Of a DNA stretch of 64,000 bases, positions 25,363 to 38,124 are shown one piece after another (the first letter of the stretch is position 1; every line of letters begins with the position of its first letter). Location: assembly GCA_905178155.1 (NCBI GenBank), contig CAJINV010000001.1, forward strand, positions 1 through 64,000. The letters are read 5' to 3'. A program made the position numbers and the translations under genes. The notes beneath the pieces were generated by a model. The model saw only the letters and a program-made list of their open reading frames with translations, ran no database searches and was not told where the DNA came from. This DNA is from Amoebophrya sp. A120 (lineage: Eukaryota; Protista; Dinoflagellata).

Positions 25363-27337
25363 GTTGCGCGTGTTACCGGCCAACAAGATGGAGCGACGGC
25401 AAACACTTCTGAGATGAAGCATGGTGGGCCCGCTCGAGCTAGACACTTTGGGTTTGGTGGCCGATGGAGACCTGACGCGCCTTCATGAGTCCAGCGGGAC
25501 CGAGGAGGGATCGGGGCTGCTTGTTGCCGCGCCGCTTCTGCGCGGCGGCCTGCCAGAAATGTAGTAGCCCGCCCCCTTTGGCCGCCGATGGGCAGGGCCA
25601 GCCACCGGCTCGTGGGGCCCGCCCTTCTGGTCGCCTTGCGGCTTGCGCTGCTTAGCCCACCAAGCGGGCTCCACGCCCGCGCGCAAAAGTCCTCTGCTTG
25701 GGTGCCCGGCGTTCGACTCGTCGGATCGGCCGCCGATTTAAGTAATCGGCGGGAAGGTCTTGGCGTTCGAGCTGGCTTTGGAAATCCGTAAACGGATTAC
25801 GGCGGGAAGGCCTTCAGGCTGGCGGTCCGTTTCGGTTAAGACCGCAAAAACATTGCGGGCCCGTGGCATTGTCGTGAAGATAGAAGTCACAGCTCTGGGC
25901 CTGGCAAGGTCGCTTGCGGCATCCCAGCGCAAGCAAGTGAAGGACCAGGACGGTTGTATCAGAGTCAGCCCCTGGCCAATCGTTATAAACAATCAAAGTA
26001 TAATAAATATGTATAAATATCTATATGCAGCAGCGCCATAGAAATATGGCGGGTTGGAGACAGGACAGATACAGACAGCATTTTTTTTTCATCACCCTTG
26101 GACTTTGCATATCAATTCTGTATCCCTCGTTTCGGTCAGTGAGCCAGTGCAGCAATGCTTTTGCAATTCCATAGAACTGCGGCGGGACAATGGCGAGCGT
26201 TTCACGACATGCGCCCCGCATCAGTTCGCCAAGCCTGAGTCTCGTCGCCGTGGATCTCGTAGCCGCTCGCCGAGTCGCGCAGCAGGGCGCCCGCCAGCAG
26301 AGCGCCCCTGGAACGCCCTGCTAAACGGTGGGAGGGGCCTATCGATGGAGATTCTGCAGAACAGATCGCTGCACGAAAAGGCTTTCGACGAAAGGCCCAT
26401 GGAGCGCCCTGCTCGACGCGCAGCAGTGGGGTGGCGGGCGCTGCGCGCCCGCCGCCCCATCCCGCCGAAGCGGCACAAGTGGGGGGGAACGGGCGCAAGC
26501 CCGCGAGGCCTTCCGCGGGTGCGTATTCGGGAAACGGGGCGGGCCGCTTCTGCGGCCCACGGACGGAGGCCAGCGGCAGCCCAAGCCTGCCGGCCCCGGC
26601 AATGCCGCCGCGGCAACGCCCATCCCGCCGCGGCAGTGTCCCGCCCAAGCGCATATTTTGTTGCCATACCCCGCCGAGCGAGCCGCCTTCCTCTTTCGGG
26701 GGGGTGGGATGCGCCGCGCGGTGATCTGCTGCTTGGCCGGCCGCGGATGCCTGGCACCGGGGGTTGGAGACACGTTTTCCGCAGGCACCGCTGCGGGGAT
26801 TTAATAATGTTGTGGTCTTGTCGTCTGGCAGTGTGGTAGGGCCGCGCTCTGCGCGTGGTGGTGTGTATGTCGTGTTCTAACAATTGGTCTTCAGTGTGGA
26901 GGTTCAGTGCCATCGCTACTGTGCTGACCGGTCCCTGTGTGTCTTCTGCACTGCGAAGCCGATACAGTGGAGTACTCATATGTGATTCTGCTCCACCTCC
27001 TAGAGTAGCACCAGCTCTCCGGGTGATATCTTCCGATTACCAGGTGAGAGTGAGATGATGACGTAAGTCTAGTGAAGAGGAACATTGTTCTGGTTGAGCA
27101 GCCTCCTACTCCTAGCTTCGCCTGCGTTGCAGAACGACATTCCGATCTTGCTTTTTCGTGCCTCATTTCTCGTCCAGCGGCCGGGGCGATTTTGTTTTTT
27201 TGCGTTGCTGTGTTGTTTTTTAGGGTGTGGCGTTTCCCAACGGCATCTACCTGTCCTCGTCTGTCAAGTATCGATAGAATCAAAGGTTTAAGCGAAGGAT
27301 GCAAAAATAAATTCAAATACAACTTCTAAAACTCAAA

Positions 27338-28731
27338 ATGTCCTCCTCCGTGTCCTCGTCAGGCTCCTCGATGAGTTCTTCGCGGCGGTGCGTGCCGCTG
27401 CGCATGTTTGATGCCGACTCCCCGTGGCTCTTCCACCAGCAGGCTTTCTCCCGCATTGCGTCCCGCAAGAACATTCCCCTGCAAGTGGTTCTCCCCGGCG
27501 ACCGCTGTGTGTGTGGAACCCTGATCGACCGAATTCAAACCTACCCGCGCCCGAGTCAGCGGCAGCGAAGCAGTGCAAGAAGTAGAAGTACTAATGCCTC
27601 CACAACTAGCACTTCTACTTCACCGTCCTCCCGGTCTACCAGTTCCTCTCGCGATCAAGCAAGGGACAGCCAAGCTAGCACGGCCCGCGGTGCTGTTGGA
27701 AGCGAGCCGCACATGATCACAGAGGGCGACAATGCACGCGCTACACAGAGCACCACTTCTCCCTCCTCGGCCTCTGCGGGATTGTCAGGAAGAAGAACCA
27801 CTACCACAGCCCAAGAGCAAGATGAGGATGAGGAAACGACACCAACCTCTACTTCAACGAATACTGCTAGTGAAGTTGTAGATGATGGTGGTACAACATC
27901 AACTCCAGTAGAAAATAACAACATCGACGACGAAGACACGGAGGACGACGGGACTACGGAGGCGGAAGCTAGCATGAACCATGGGTTTGTCATATCCTGA
28001 TTAACAACGTCCCCACACCGTAGTCAAGTTGGTAAATGAATCTGCAACACAAATCTCCAAGTTATGGGAGTTATGCATGACAGGTTTCCCTTTGTTCCGT
28101 CTGCAGCGCACTAGCGCTGGTTTGCAAGGACAGCCGCATCACAAAGATGCCTCCTTATGCTGTTTACAGAATTACAAATCCCAGAACACGACGGCAAATC
28201 CCTCTTTTCCGGATGTGCATATACAGATTAATTTTTCTGTAGATGCAAATCAGCATGACAGCTATCAGGGGCTGGGGACGACGTTTTTAGATAGGATATG
28301 TCATCCACGCCACCGTCCCGCGTTTGGCCGTGCTGCGGCCGCTCGCGCTGCAGCGGTGCGCCGGAACGTTCTTCCTCTTTTTCCTCCAGTTTCTCGTCTG
28401 CGTCGCCGTCTTTTCCGGCTTCGCCGTACTTCCCTTTGACGGAAATGACGACCTCTACCCGCGGTGGCCGACGTCCGCGCAGGTCGGGGGGTACGCCGGG
28501 CTGTGGAGTTTGCACGCCTTCGCGGTGGTCGCGACGTTGAAACGGCGGTCGGCGGCCATGCTGGCGGTTTACCGCGCCCTCCTGTCCGCGCACTGTCTTC
28601 TCACCTTCGTGGCGGCGTCTGAGGGCCTGTTCGATCTGGTGGTCTGTTTTCTCTCCGTGCTAGTCGTCCTCGACGCAGAGAGACACGGCGAGCTGTTGGA
28701 GCGCCAGGTGTTCGTGCGAAAATTCTCCTGA
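27338..28731 (+). CDS. Membrane protein, 360 aa, S/T-rich N-terminus and several C-terminal TM helices; exons 27338-27992 and 28304-28731
   Basis: ORFs 27338 and 28324 join in frame (HGFV|IHATVPRL) after introner removal. Confidence 0.8.
27993..28298. mobile_element. Introner, 306 bp
   Basis: Ends TATCCTGATTAACAACGTCCCCA and TGGGGACGACGTTTTTAGATAGGATA; DR TGTCA on both sides. Confidence 0.92.
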
Positions 28732-30032
28732 AGTTGTTTTCGTGCGGATAAAGTGATTGTGCTCGTCGAGTATCTATTGCGATGAGCCTCTAGAAGGTCA
28801 AGTCGCGCATGCATTGCCGATTATGCCAAATCGAATACCGCGAAGCGATCGGCGCTAAGGCCGTACTTATTAATTTTCTTTTTCGACAGAAATTATCCAA
28901 TGCTTCCATCTGGTGTTCCTTTGTGGCTAGCACGGTTAATACTACGGGATAGGAAAAGCCTAGCACAAGTAGATAGAATTCCAGACATGAAGATGACGAG
29001 AGAAAAGCAATTGCATCAATAGCGACATTTTTTATGTCAAATCCAACCGACCGAATGCGGAACTAAAAGAATAGTGTTTGTTGAGCGATAGAATGCAGGT
29101 CGAGTGGATCGCTTTGGAGACATTTCCGACATTCACAATTTCTTGTAGATTTTGATGCAGAGACTGTGAGAGAGAGGGGAGAGAGAGAGAAAGAAATAGG
29201 TGACACGCATGACATTCTGCAATTTGCATTGGCAAGGGAGCCGCAGAGTCAGGAGAGAGAGTGTGAGGAAAGAGCAGAAGAGTTGCTTCTAATCTTACTG
29301 AAAGTAGTGAACTACATCATTGTATTGTCCGTGTTGCTGGTAGTACCATCCAAGCAGGCCTCTTTTCCCGTCATCTTGTTGCCCATAGCTTTATGCTTTT
29401 TTGCTATTTTGGTACCCATAAGAAGTAGTCGTCTACCCGCTTTTCGTTTTTTAGCCTCGTCTGTTTATTTTCAAATTCAATGTGCAGAAGCAGAAGCAGA
29501 ACGTAAGACAGACGAGTTTTTGTTGATTAAAATAGAAATACTTGCTTCAATTAGTTTCCCCACCCAGGCACAAGTTTTGTAGAGTAGATGACCCATCACC
29601 ATTTCTTCAACATCTAAAGTACCAATAGAAGAATAACGATAACCCACAACAGAAGTATAATTTGCATCGTCGCTTCTCTTCGCTATTTCAGCTAGAAAAG
29701 ACACAAGATCGATCGCTCAGTTCTGGTTACTGTCCTTCAATAAAAATCAGAATTTTTGCTACTGACAAAATCATCTGCAGTTGTTTTTGTGGTCGCACAA
29801 CTCTGCGTCTGTTTAGAACCGAAGCAGCAACCGCGACCAGCAGTGTGTGGCTCTGCTTTGTCAAGCACGAACGGTCGGACAGTGTTGGTCTGAGATCCCT
29901 TGTCCGTCGTGCTACGAAGAACGAGAGGGGTCGCAGTTGAGATTGTTGTAGAGCCGCTGGGGAAATCGAAATAGATAAAACTGCAAGAGCTCTTGCTCTT
30001 CAATAGATCGCCCTAGTTGTAGAGCAAGATCG

Positions 30033-33000
30033 ATGCAACAAGCCGCCATTGTGCAGGTGCGTTTGGCTGCGCGTGCAGCCACTCGGCACGCACGGAATGG
30101 CTCGGCGATACGAGCGCAGCAACAGCTGCTAGCATCATGTCCTGCCACTGCAAGCGCATCATCGTCCGCCGGCCGCTTCAGGACGAGCAGCGATAGAACC
30201 GGGACTTGCAGCGTCGGAAGACGAGCGATGAGTACTTTTTCTCGATCAGCTTTATTCTTCTAAGCGGGTGAAGTAAAATTGTAATTGTTTTTTTTACCAT
30301 TACCCCTTTCATTCTACCCGAGCGACGTCGTGGTTCCGAAATTTAAATTTTAGTACTCCTTCCATTGTGTATGCGACGGGCTAAACATCGAAAGAAATCA
30401 ATTGCACAACCACCTGAACAAAACCCAACCTCAGGTTCCAGCGCACAATTACCGAAGAAAGACATTCCGAGCTTCAGCCCGCCGGCGGGGGATGAACAGG
30501 ACCCCTCGAAAATCGGGAAAACGGAGTGTTTTCAGATGACGCCACCGCAGCTCGCGGCTGAGCTGGACAAGTACATCATCGGGCAGGCAGACGCGAAGCG
30601 CGCCATGGCGTCCGCTATCCGTTTTCGCTGGCGCAGGAAACAACTAGACGAAAAGAAGCGGGAGGACTGCACACCGCGAAACATCCTGATGATTGGCCCG
30701 ACCGGGTGTGGTAAAACGGAGATCGCCCGCCGACTCGCGAAAATCATCGACGCACCCTTCGTCGTTGCGGAAGCAACAAAATTCACGGAAGTTGGTACTG
30801 CTACTGATCGAATTCGAAATAATCCTTTTCTACTATGACTACTAGAGTACTCATGGTCGTGTTTGTGTATGGGTGGTACCGGCGGTGCAGGAAATCGATG
30901 TGTTGACCGTCAAGTTCTGTTCCAACAAGCAAGTTGTAGCGAAACGACCATCACGATCACGATCGAGTGCTGCACACTTGCATCTTCGTGGTTGCAGAAA
31001 ATAGAAGAGCAACAGATTGATAGGAAACGTCACAAAGCAAGGGCTAGGGATGTTCCTTATACAACTTTTTATCTTTCAAACTCAATACACAGTGCCCGGA
31101 TTTCTATTCAAAAGCATCTCCCACAAAGGTTTTCACGGGCGCGACATCGAGAGCGTGATGCGAGATTTGATGGAAGCGGGGATAAAAATGCAGCAGAAAA
31201 AACTTGAAGCCGAGTACACGCCCGTCGCCACGGAGGTGGTCGAGGAAAAGCTGCTCGAAGCTCTGCTGGGCGAACTCAGTCAGGACGCCGACAAGTTAAC
31301 CTGGCTCGGGCATTTTCGAAAAGGGTATTTAGTTTTAGTAGATATCAGTACGCTGGTTTATTTTGGAGGACATCCTTATAGTTCATCTTCATTCTCGCAC
31401 AGTTTGCTATTGCTAACGCTAGGTTAAGTAATGAAATTCTACTTCTTGAGGAGGAGCTTTGTCTGTGGATTTGCAACACTAGAGCAACTCGTACAACTTA
31501 CTGTAAGTTTTTTTCTTCGCTGACGAAAACGATACAAAACCAAAACCCAGTTGGCTCGACGACCGCACGGTGTACGTGGATATTCCGATTACGCCCCCGC
31601 CTTCCCAGGCGGGCCCAGCCGGCGCGGGCCCGGGCGGGTTTCCGGATATCCACGACTTATACCGCAGCAGCCCCTATGGATTGCAAAAATGTCTGGGTCT
31701 GGAAGGATGCAACTTGTGATGCTACTTTTGGAATTTACATAAAATCTGTATTGCATGAACAGCAAAAGACAGAGGTGTAATTTGTGCTACGCGGAGAGGG
31801 CGTTTCTCATGCGGTATGAGCATCAGAAAGCCCTCGCAAAATCTCTGATGTTATTTTTATGCTTATGTTTTTATGCCTTTTCCCTCCCCCTTTTTTCTGA
31901 TTTTTACTTCTCTTTACATTGTGGTTTTGCTTATTATTATGATTATTTTTATCAGTTTACGTAGGGCATGATGCCAAAAGGGACGAACAGCCCGTAGACC
32001 TCCGATCTGATGCTAGGTCATGCATCACAGACCTCATGGGTCACGCAAAATCTGCATGACAAACTCCTGCATTCTTCCAGACCCAGACACTTTTGCATTT
32101 GATAGCCCCGAAGACCGGGAACTGAACCGACTGCAACTGAACCTGAACCGGGGCGTATCAAAGGGAAAAATGCCCCCCACCCCTGAAATTGCAACAATTT
32201 GTGATGCGAAGTTCCCAAATGAAAGCTTTTTGTCATGCATCAAAGGAGTAAGAATCTTTCTGATGCAGATTCTAGTCGTGTTTCGCATCGCTTGCATGAC
32301 AAGCACCGCTCTTGCTGGGATCTTTTGCAATACAAATTTTTGCTATTCACGATCGGAAATCTGTGATGCTGATACACGCAAGAGGGCGAATGTTTCATTT
32401 GGAAAGATTTGCAATACAAATGCTTTCAAGTTCGGGGGTGGGGGCATTTTTCATTGTAATAGGGCGGCGCGGTGCGCACGGAGAAAAGGAAGCTCACCAT
32501 CCGAGAGGCCAGAAAAAAACTCATACGCGCCGAGCTGGACGCGCGGATCACGCAGGAAGAGGTACATACTACTGCGATGATTCACAGTGAGTGGTGCTGT
32601 TGGGGAATGATATCTTGAAAACCTTCTAAAAGAGCATTGTGCTTGAAATTCGTCTTGGAAACAACAAAGCAGAAAAATGTAAATGAATGAATGTGGATAT
32701 CAAAAATCTTATCTAGAAAAAATGCAACAGCTGGTCCAGCGCGCATTGAAGTCGGTGGAAGACGAGGGCATCGTTTTCCTGGACGAGATCGACAAAATCG
32801 TGAGTCCCAAGGGCTCCTACGGTCCAGACGCCTCCTCCGAGGGGGTGCAGCGGGATCTGCTCCCCATCATCTATGAAATGCAAAAGCATCGTACTAGTAG
32901 TAATTGCAATACAAATTTGCGCAGCATGACAAATGGAATTTGTCATGCTGATTTGCCTTGCGAACCAGATTTGTGATGCATAAAAGCAATTACTACGAGT

Positions 33001-33883
33001 ACGATGCTTTTGCACAGGATATCATCGAAGGCACCACGATCAACACAAAGTACCAATTATCGCAATCATGCATTACAAATCCTATTGTTCTGATAAAACC
33101 GCATTACAAATTCCATTTCTCATTCTGAGCAAATTTGTGATGCAGTTGAGTTTATACAAATGCGATTATAGGCTTAGGCATAGCATACGCATAGCAGTCG
33201 TCGAGGAATTTACTCGAACCCACACAATAAAACAAGGTATGGCAACATCAAGAGCAACCACGTCTTGTTTGTCTGCGCCGGGAGTTTCCACGCCGTCCGC
33301 CCGTCGGACATGCTCGCGGAATTGCAGGGCCGATTGCCCGTGAAGATGAAACTGCATCCGCTTACGGAGGGCGATTTCTACCGGATTTTGACCGAGACCG
33401 AGTTCGGCATCGTCGATCAGAACAAGGCGCTTTTGGGCACAGAGGGCGTGGATGTCAAGTACAGTAATTTTACAAATTCTGTTGTGGGTTGTTGCTATTC
33501 CTATTGCTGTGCTTACTCCCTCCACGAGGACTCTGACGTGGAAGAAAGCAAGCTAAAATCAGAATGAAGACAGGAGCTGCAAGTAGTGTGACTGCACCTT
33601 CACATCAATTGAAACCAAATTTACTTTTACTATACTTAATCTGATCCCTATCAGTTGGACCGAGAGCGGGATGCGGGAGGTGGCAAGACTGGCAACGGAG
33701 ATGAATACTTACATCGAGAATACGGGCGCCCGAAGGCTGCACACCATTGTGGAGCAGGTGACGGACGAGCTCTCTTTTCGGGCGGCGGAATATGCGGGCA
33801 CCAGCGTCGACATTGACGCAGAGTTCGTGCGCGACAAAACCCAGAGCATCGAAATTGACAAGACCCACCGGGGCCTGTTGTAA
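30033..33883 (+). CDS. hslU: HslU/ClpY AAA+ ATPase, probably mitochondrial, 544 aa; exons 30033-30231, 30435-30794, 31129-31324, 31551-31674, 32110-32155, 32467-32561, 32731-32871, 33027-33049, 33237-33458, 33655-33883
   Basis: Motifs [37 protein letters not shown] (Walker A), [25 protein letters not shown] (Walker B), [30 protein letters not shown]; R/A/S-rich N-terminal extension; six GT-AG introns and three introners. Confidence 0.95.
31675..32104. mobile_element. Introner family A with a nested insertion, 430 bp
   Basis: Ends TATGGATTGCAAAAATGTCTGGGTCTGGAAG and CTTCCAGACCCAGACACTTTTGCATTTGATA; DR GCCCC. Confidence 0.95.
32156..32461. mobile_element. Introner family B, 306 bp
   Basis: Ends TATCAAAGGGAAAAATGCCCCCCACCCC and GGGGGTGGGGGCATTTTTCATTGTAATA; DR GGGCG. 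Confidence 0.93.
32872..33021. mobile_element. Introner family C, 150 bp
   Basis: Ends TATGAAATGCAAAAGCATCGTACTAGTAGTAATTGC and GCAATTACTACGAGTACGATGCTTTTGCACAGGATA; DR TCATC; removal restores LLPII|EGTT. Confidence 0.96.
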
Positions 33884-34979
33884 CCTGAATGAAGAAGACC
33901 ACTTCTATGTAGACTTCTAAGTCTGTCTAAGCCGCACCACCCAGCTTCTCACAACCACAACTTTTTTTGACTGTAAAACGCACAGCGCGATGAAACAACA
34001 GAAAAGTACCGAAAAAGTCCCTATTTTTGCTGAACCGAAAAGGAAACTCAAAACTTGTTACATCATTTTTCTGACCACTTACTACGTAGCATTGAAAATG
34101 AAAGGAAAAAAAACTTTTCTGTATCTTCTGCGAAACGCATAAGCAAAAGGACCTACACTTGTGGATTGGGTACGATATAAACTCCCTCTCGGGGCGTCAC
34201 CTTCAAGAACGAGACGCTTTGAATGTAAAGTAAGTATCAACAACAACGAACTGCTATTGAATAGCATTAGATAGCAGCTGATCCGTCCATGTCAATAGAC
34301 ACTACAGGTTTTACGAACTTTCGCTTTCCTGTCATGGCCTACCTTTTCGCTCTCCCATCTGTTTTGATGATTTCGTTTTGGCTTTTTGAAGACTCCCACC
34401 ATATCCTACCTCGAGTACAACTTGCTACTACACGCAAGTAGACGCTTTCTGGTGATGGTTTGACAAACCCAAATGAAGTAGAGGCTAGCAAAGCTGCATA
34501 AGCAACCGGAGTTTGTTTATTTCTGCGAAACGGAAAGTTACAGTAAGACTCGAGGAGACAGATCACTTGCAAGTTGTAAATATAATCAATTACTTGATCG
34601 CGGCGCTGGCGCTTCGTAATATTCGCCGTCGCTTGAAATAGGGAAGCAAAAAGATTTAGAAGAAGCGAAGACAGAAGATCTCATGATCGGGCGATTAAAA
34701 ATTGTGCGGAACCAACCCTGGTGGAACGTCTTGTGTTCTTGCTTTGTTTCCGCGCGACAAGAGACACATGTACAGCGAAAGTCAAGTTCATCGGTTAGCG
34801 TCCGGTATATTTCCGCTCATCTGCAACAGCCCCGGCCTTAACCGCGGATGAATTGAAATTTCCTGTTTCGCCGCGGCCGCCCCAAGATAAGTAACCGCCT
34901 CAGAGGGCGCTCGTCACTGCATGACCAGGACGAGAACACCAGACGGATACAACCCATTTTTAGATTACTTACATGAAAA

Positions 34980-37417
34980 ATGAACTCCCCCGAGGCGCTG
35001 GAGCGCGAGCTTGCGGCAACCGCACCGGAGAACTTTCCGCACGACCTGCTCCGGACGGCTATGCGAAGCGAAATCTTGTCTATGTATTGGTTGGACTAGT
35101 AAGGGACATCAGGGTGAATGTGAAAGGGACTTTTGTCACGCGTGAACTTCTGTGCATTATCAGCTTGTAGCTTGTACTACAACGAGGAGAACCTGATAAT
35201 TATGGAGATGAAGTACTAACTACACAAGGGTGGCACAAGAACGGCAGATGAGCTGTCTCACTGTGAACACATTTCTACTTCTCATTCTGCGATATATTAA
35301 ATTTCGCCCGCATAGCTCTTCCCGTGGCTTTCCTGTCGAAAAACGGTTACCGACTGGCGATCATGTTTTTCGTGGTGCATTACGTGATGTTTGCTGGCTA
35401 TTTGGTCTATTTTTCGCTCCCCGGGCCCTGGATGGTAGGCGGCCACGCGGAAGCGGTGCATTTTTTCTACACGCGCGGCATTGAAGGGGTCGAAGAACCA
35501 CCTCCAGGGGAACAAACACAGGACGGTTTCCGTCCTGTTGAGCGCCGATCTTTGTTGAGCAGCGATGCAGTTGAAGATTCATCGTCCCACAGCACTGATG
35601 TAGTTGATAGCACAACAACTTCTAGCCACGACGGCGGTACCTCAGCAGCCTCAGTCTTCCACGGCTTGGAAAAGCAGCGCGCCTACGACCACTACCACCC
35701 TTTTTCCGCGGGTTTTTGGAACGTGGACAAGGACAGTATGCGCGTGACCATCCCGGAACCGGGATCCACCACCATGGAAAAGACGGCGCGACGGCAGATC
35801 CACCTGTTTCACGTGCTGCACTTCCTGCTTTGGGGCAGCGTGCTTCTTGAGATTCTCTTCGTGTTCATGCTACTTTTGATCGTGAAAAAACAGAACAACA
35901 GTGCGGGCAACGTGTCTGTTTTACCCCCCGCTTGGGACCGTGTGGCCTTCGTCTTCGGCATTGTGGGCCGGTGCACGACCATCGGGGATGTGCTGTGTCT
36001 GTTCCGCATTTTCGTGGAGGACAGCGCCTTCATGCCCCTGTTCGTCGTGGTCGCGGTGGCTGCCGGAGTGTTTCTCTTCCTGCAAGTTGTCCTGCTACAG
36101 CTCCGCGGTCTCTGCGGGTTTTTATCCGAGGCCGACCGCTGCGACCTGGATAAGCCCGACCAGTGCCTGCCCATAGACCGCCTGTTCGGCGGGGGTTTGA
36201 TGAGCACTTCTGGTCGGCGCCCGTGCTTGTTGCTGCTTCTGTTACCGAGGAAATGCTGGCAGGGTGTTTCTTCGCTGGGTTTCAAGCTCCGGAAGCTTTT
36301 CATTCAGGGCTTGCGCACCGCAACCAGGACGTCGAGCAGTAGCACGACTACTGCCCGGGCTACAAGAAGTAACAGCAGCGGTGCCGCCAATTTATCTTCC
36401 GCCGAGCGGCAGACGCAGCAGCTGCTTCCGTTGCGAAACTTTGCCGATCCAGAATTGGGCGGCGGGGAAGCAGCTGCATCAAATGAGATGGCTGACGCTG
36501 AGGTTGATGGTGCTTTTTCTCCCGCGAGCAGCTCGTCTTCGTCACCGAGCCCGCACCGGGCACCGAGAGCAGCTGCGACGCCAGACCGCACAGGAAGTGG
36601 TGGAATTATTGCATCTTCTTCTACAACACCGGAGCAGCCTGGCACGGCCTCCCAGTGGTCGGGAACTACTACACAAGCAGCAGCGGGGGCAACAGCTCGC
36701 TCTCCCAGAACAAGCGGCGCTACCTTCGAAGAAGATACAGGAGACTCCTCTCGACTGCCGTCCCTGGTGTCGGACGACGACAATCCGCTGGTAAATTTCC
36801 TTCTAGCGACCAACAACACCGTGGTGCTGCGCCACGTGCTCCGTGCGCAGAAGTGCTGCGCGGTGGCGCTGGGTATGCAGCTGAATTTCGTGTACGCCAC
36901 CCTGCTGCGGCATTTCCTCCCCTACGCCGGGACGGAGGATCTGGAGTTTCAATTTGTCGTGCTGAATATGCATTGCAAAAGTATCGTACTAGTACAAATT
37001 GCATGACAAATTTTGGCAAGAAGGAAAGCGGAATTTGTAATGCTGTTTTGCCTTAGGAAAAACATATTTGCAATTAGTACGAGTACGATAGTTTTGCACA
37101 GGATACTGAATTTCACGCGCTGCTTGTCGCAGGACGTGGGACTGAGTTTATGCAAGGGCTTCTACTTATTGGACTTCGAATTCGACGTCTTCGTGCTGTT
37201 CTGCTTGATGATGAACCTACTCACCATCTCAAGCGGACTGCTGCTCAGTCAAAGCGACCGCATGTTGCATCACCCGGAAATAGAAATCTTGGAAGAGGAA
37301 TCTTCTCTGGCCCCTTGTAGATGGCCCTGCTGGAAAGTAAGAAATGCTGGCAGCAGGTGCTTTCTTGTTTGTCGTTTCTTCCTTGTTCTGACGAAAGGAA
37401 GGGAGATGAAGCAATAG
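34980..37417 (+). CDS. Multi-pass membrane protein of unknown function; exons 34980-35080 (tentative), 35320-36966, 37111-37417
   Basis: Several hydrophobic helices; ORFs 35324 and 37013 join in frame (VVL|NFTRC); 5' exon and 3' end are uncertain. Confidence 0.7.
35081..35314. mobile_element. Candidate highly decayed introner
   Basis: TATG...CATA ends and an internal TTTGTCACGC; removal plus 5 nt joins MNSPEALE...EILS|PVAFL in frame; TIR and DR otherwise lost. Confidence 0.4.
36967..37105. mobile_element. Introner family C, 139 bp
   Basis: Ends TATGCATTGCAAAAGTATCGTACTAGTAC and GTACGAGTACGATAGTTTTGCACAGGATA; DR CTGAA. Confidence 0.95.
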
Positions 37418-38124
37418 CAAGCAAGTTCTCGTCGTAGTTTTGCTCAAGAAGACATCAACATCGTTCGTACAAAAAAGTCATGTATCGGTGAAAGAGATTA
37501 AGATTAAGAATAAGATGTCCACGCGTACTTAGTAAAGTACCATCGGTTGGCTGGTGGAGGCATTCACCCAAAATGAAATTGAATTCGGTTGGTTTTCTAC
37601 TTATTTCGGTCGCTGGTGGAGGGTACGTGCACAACCGCGTGACAACACGACCGTTCAGAAGATGGCAACAAGCCACCCCGCGGCATTTTCGGTAGAGGCA
37701 AAGCTATGCAGGAACAAGCGAACACTCACACTGTCACTGTGCCTCTGCTTACGCTCCTCTCGGTTGTGCATGTTTGTTGTATTAACGTCGTAAGTACTAT
37801 CTACTCTAGTGTCATGCTCATGTCCTCGGTTCCGACAGATGGTGCTCGGTCGTCAATTCCCTCGTGCTCGTGCTTTGTCCACCACTAATCTGGCAAATGA
37901 ATTGCCACCACTCTGTGCCTACTTTTACCAAATACTTACTCGCGTACGCAGGAGATGTAGCAGTAGCTTGTCACTCCACTTCATCAGCAGCTTTCCATGT
38001 AGTTGTAGTAGCTTCGCTTTGTAAATTGTAAGTAGTTCCCCCTTGCATGATCCAGATCCTTTTTCGTTCATATAATAAATAGTGGAAAGCAGGAGTGCTA
38101 GTGCAGACACCCACGCGCAGAAAA

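Noticed and set aside
26152-26173. GCAATGCTTTTGCAATTCCATA resembling an introner right end
   Set aside because: No matching left TIR or direct repeat found; at most a fragment
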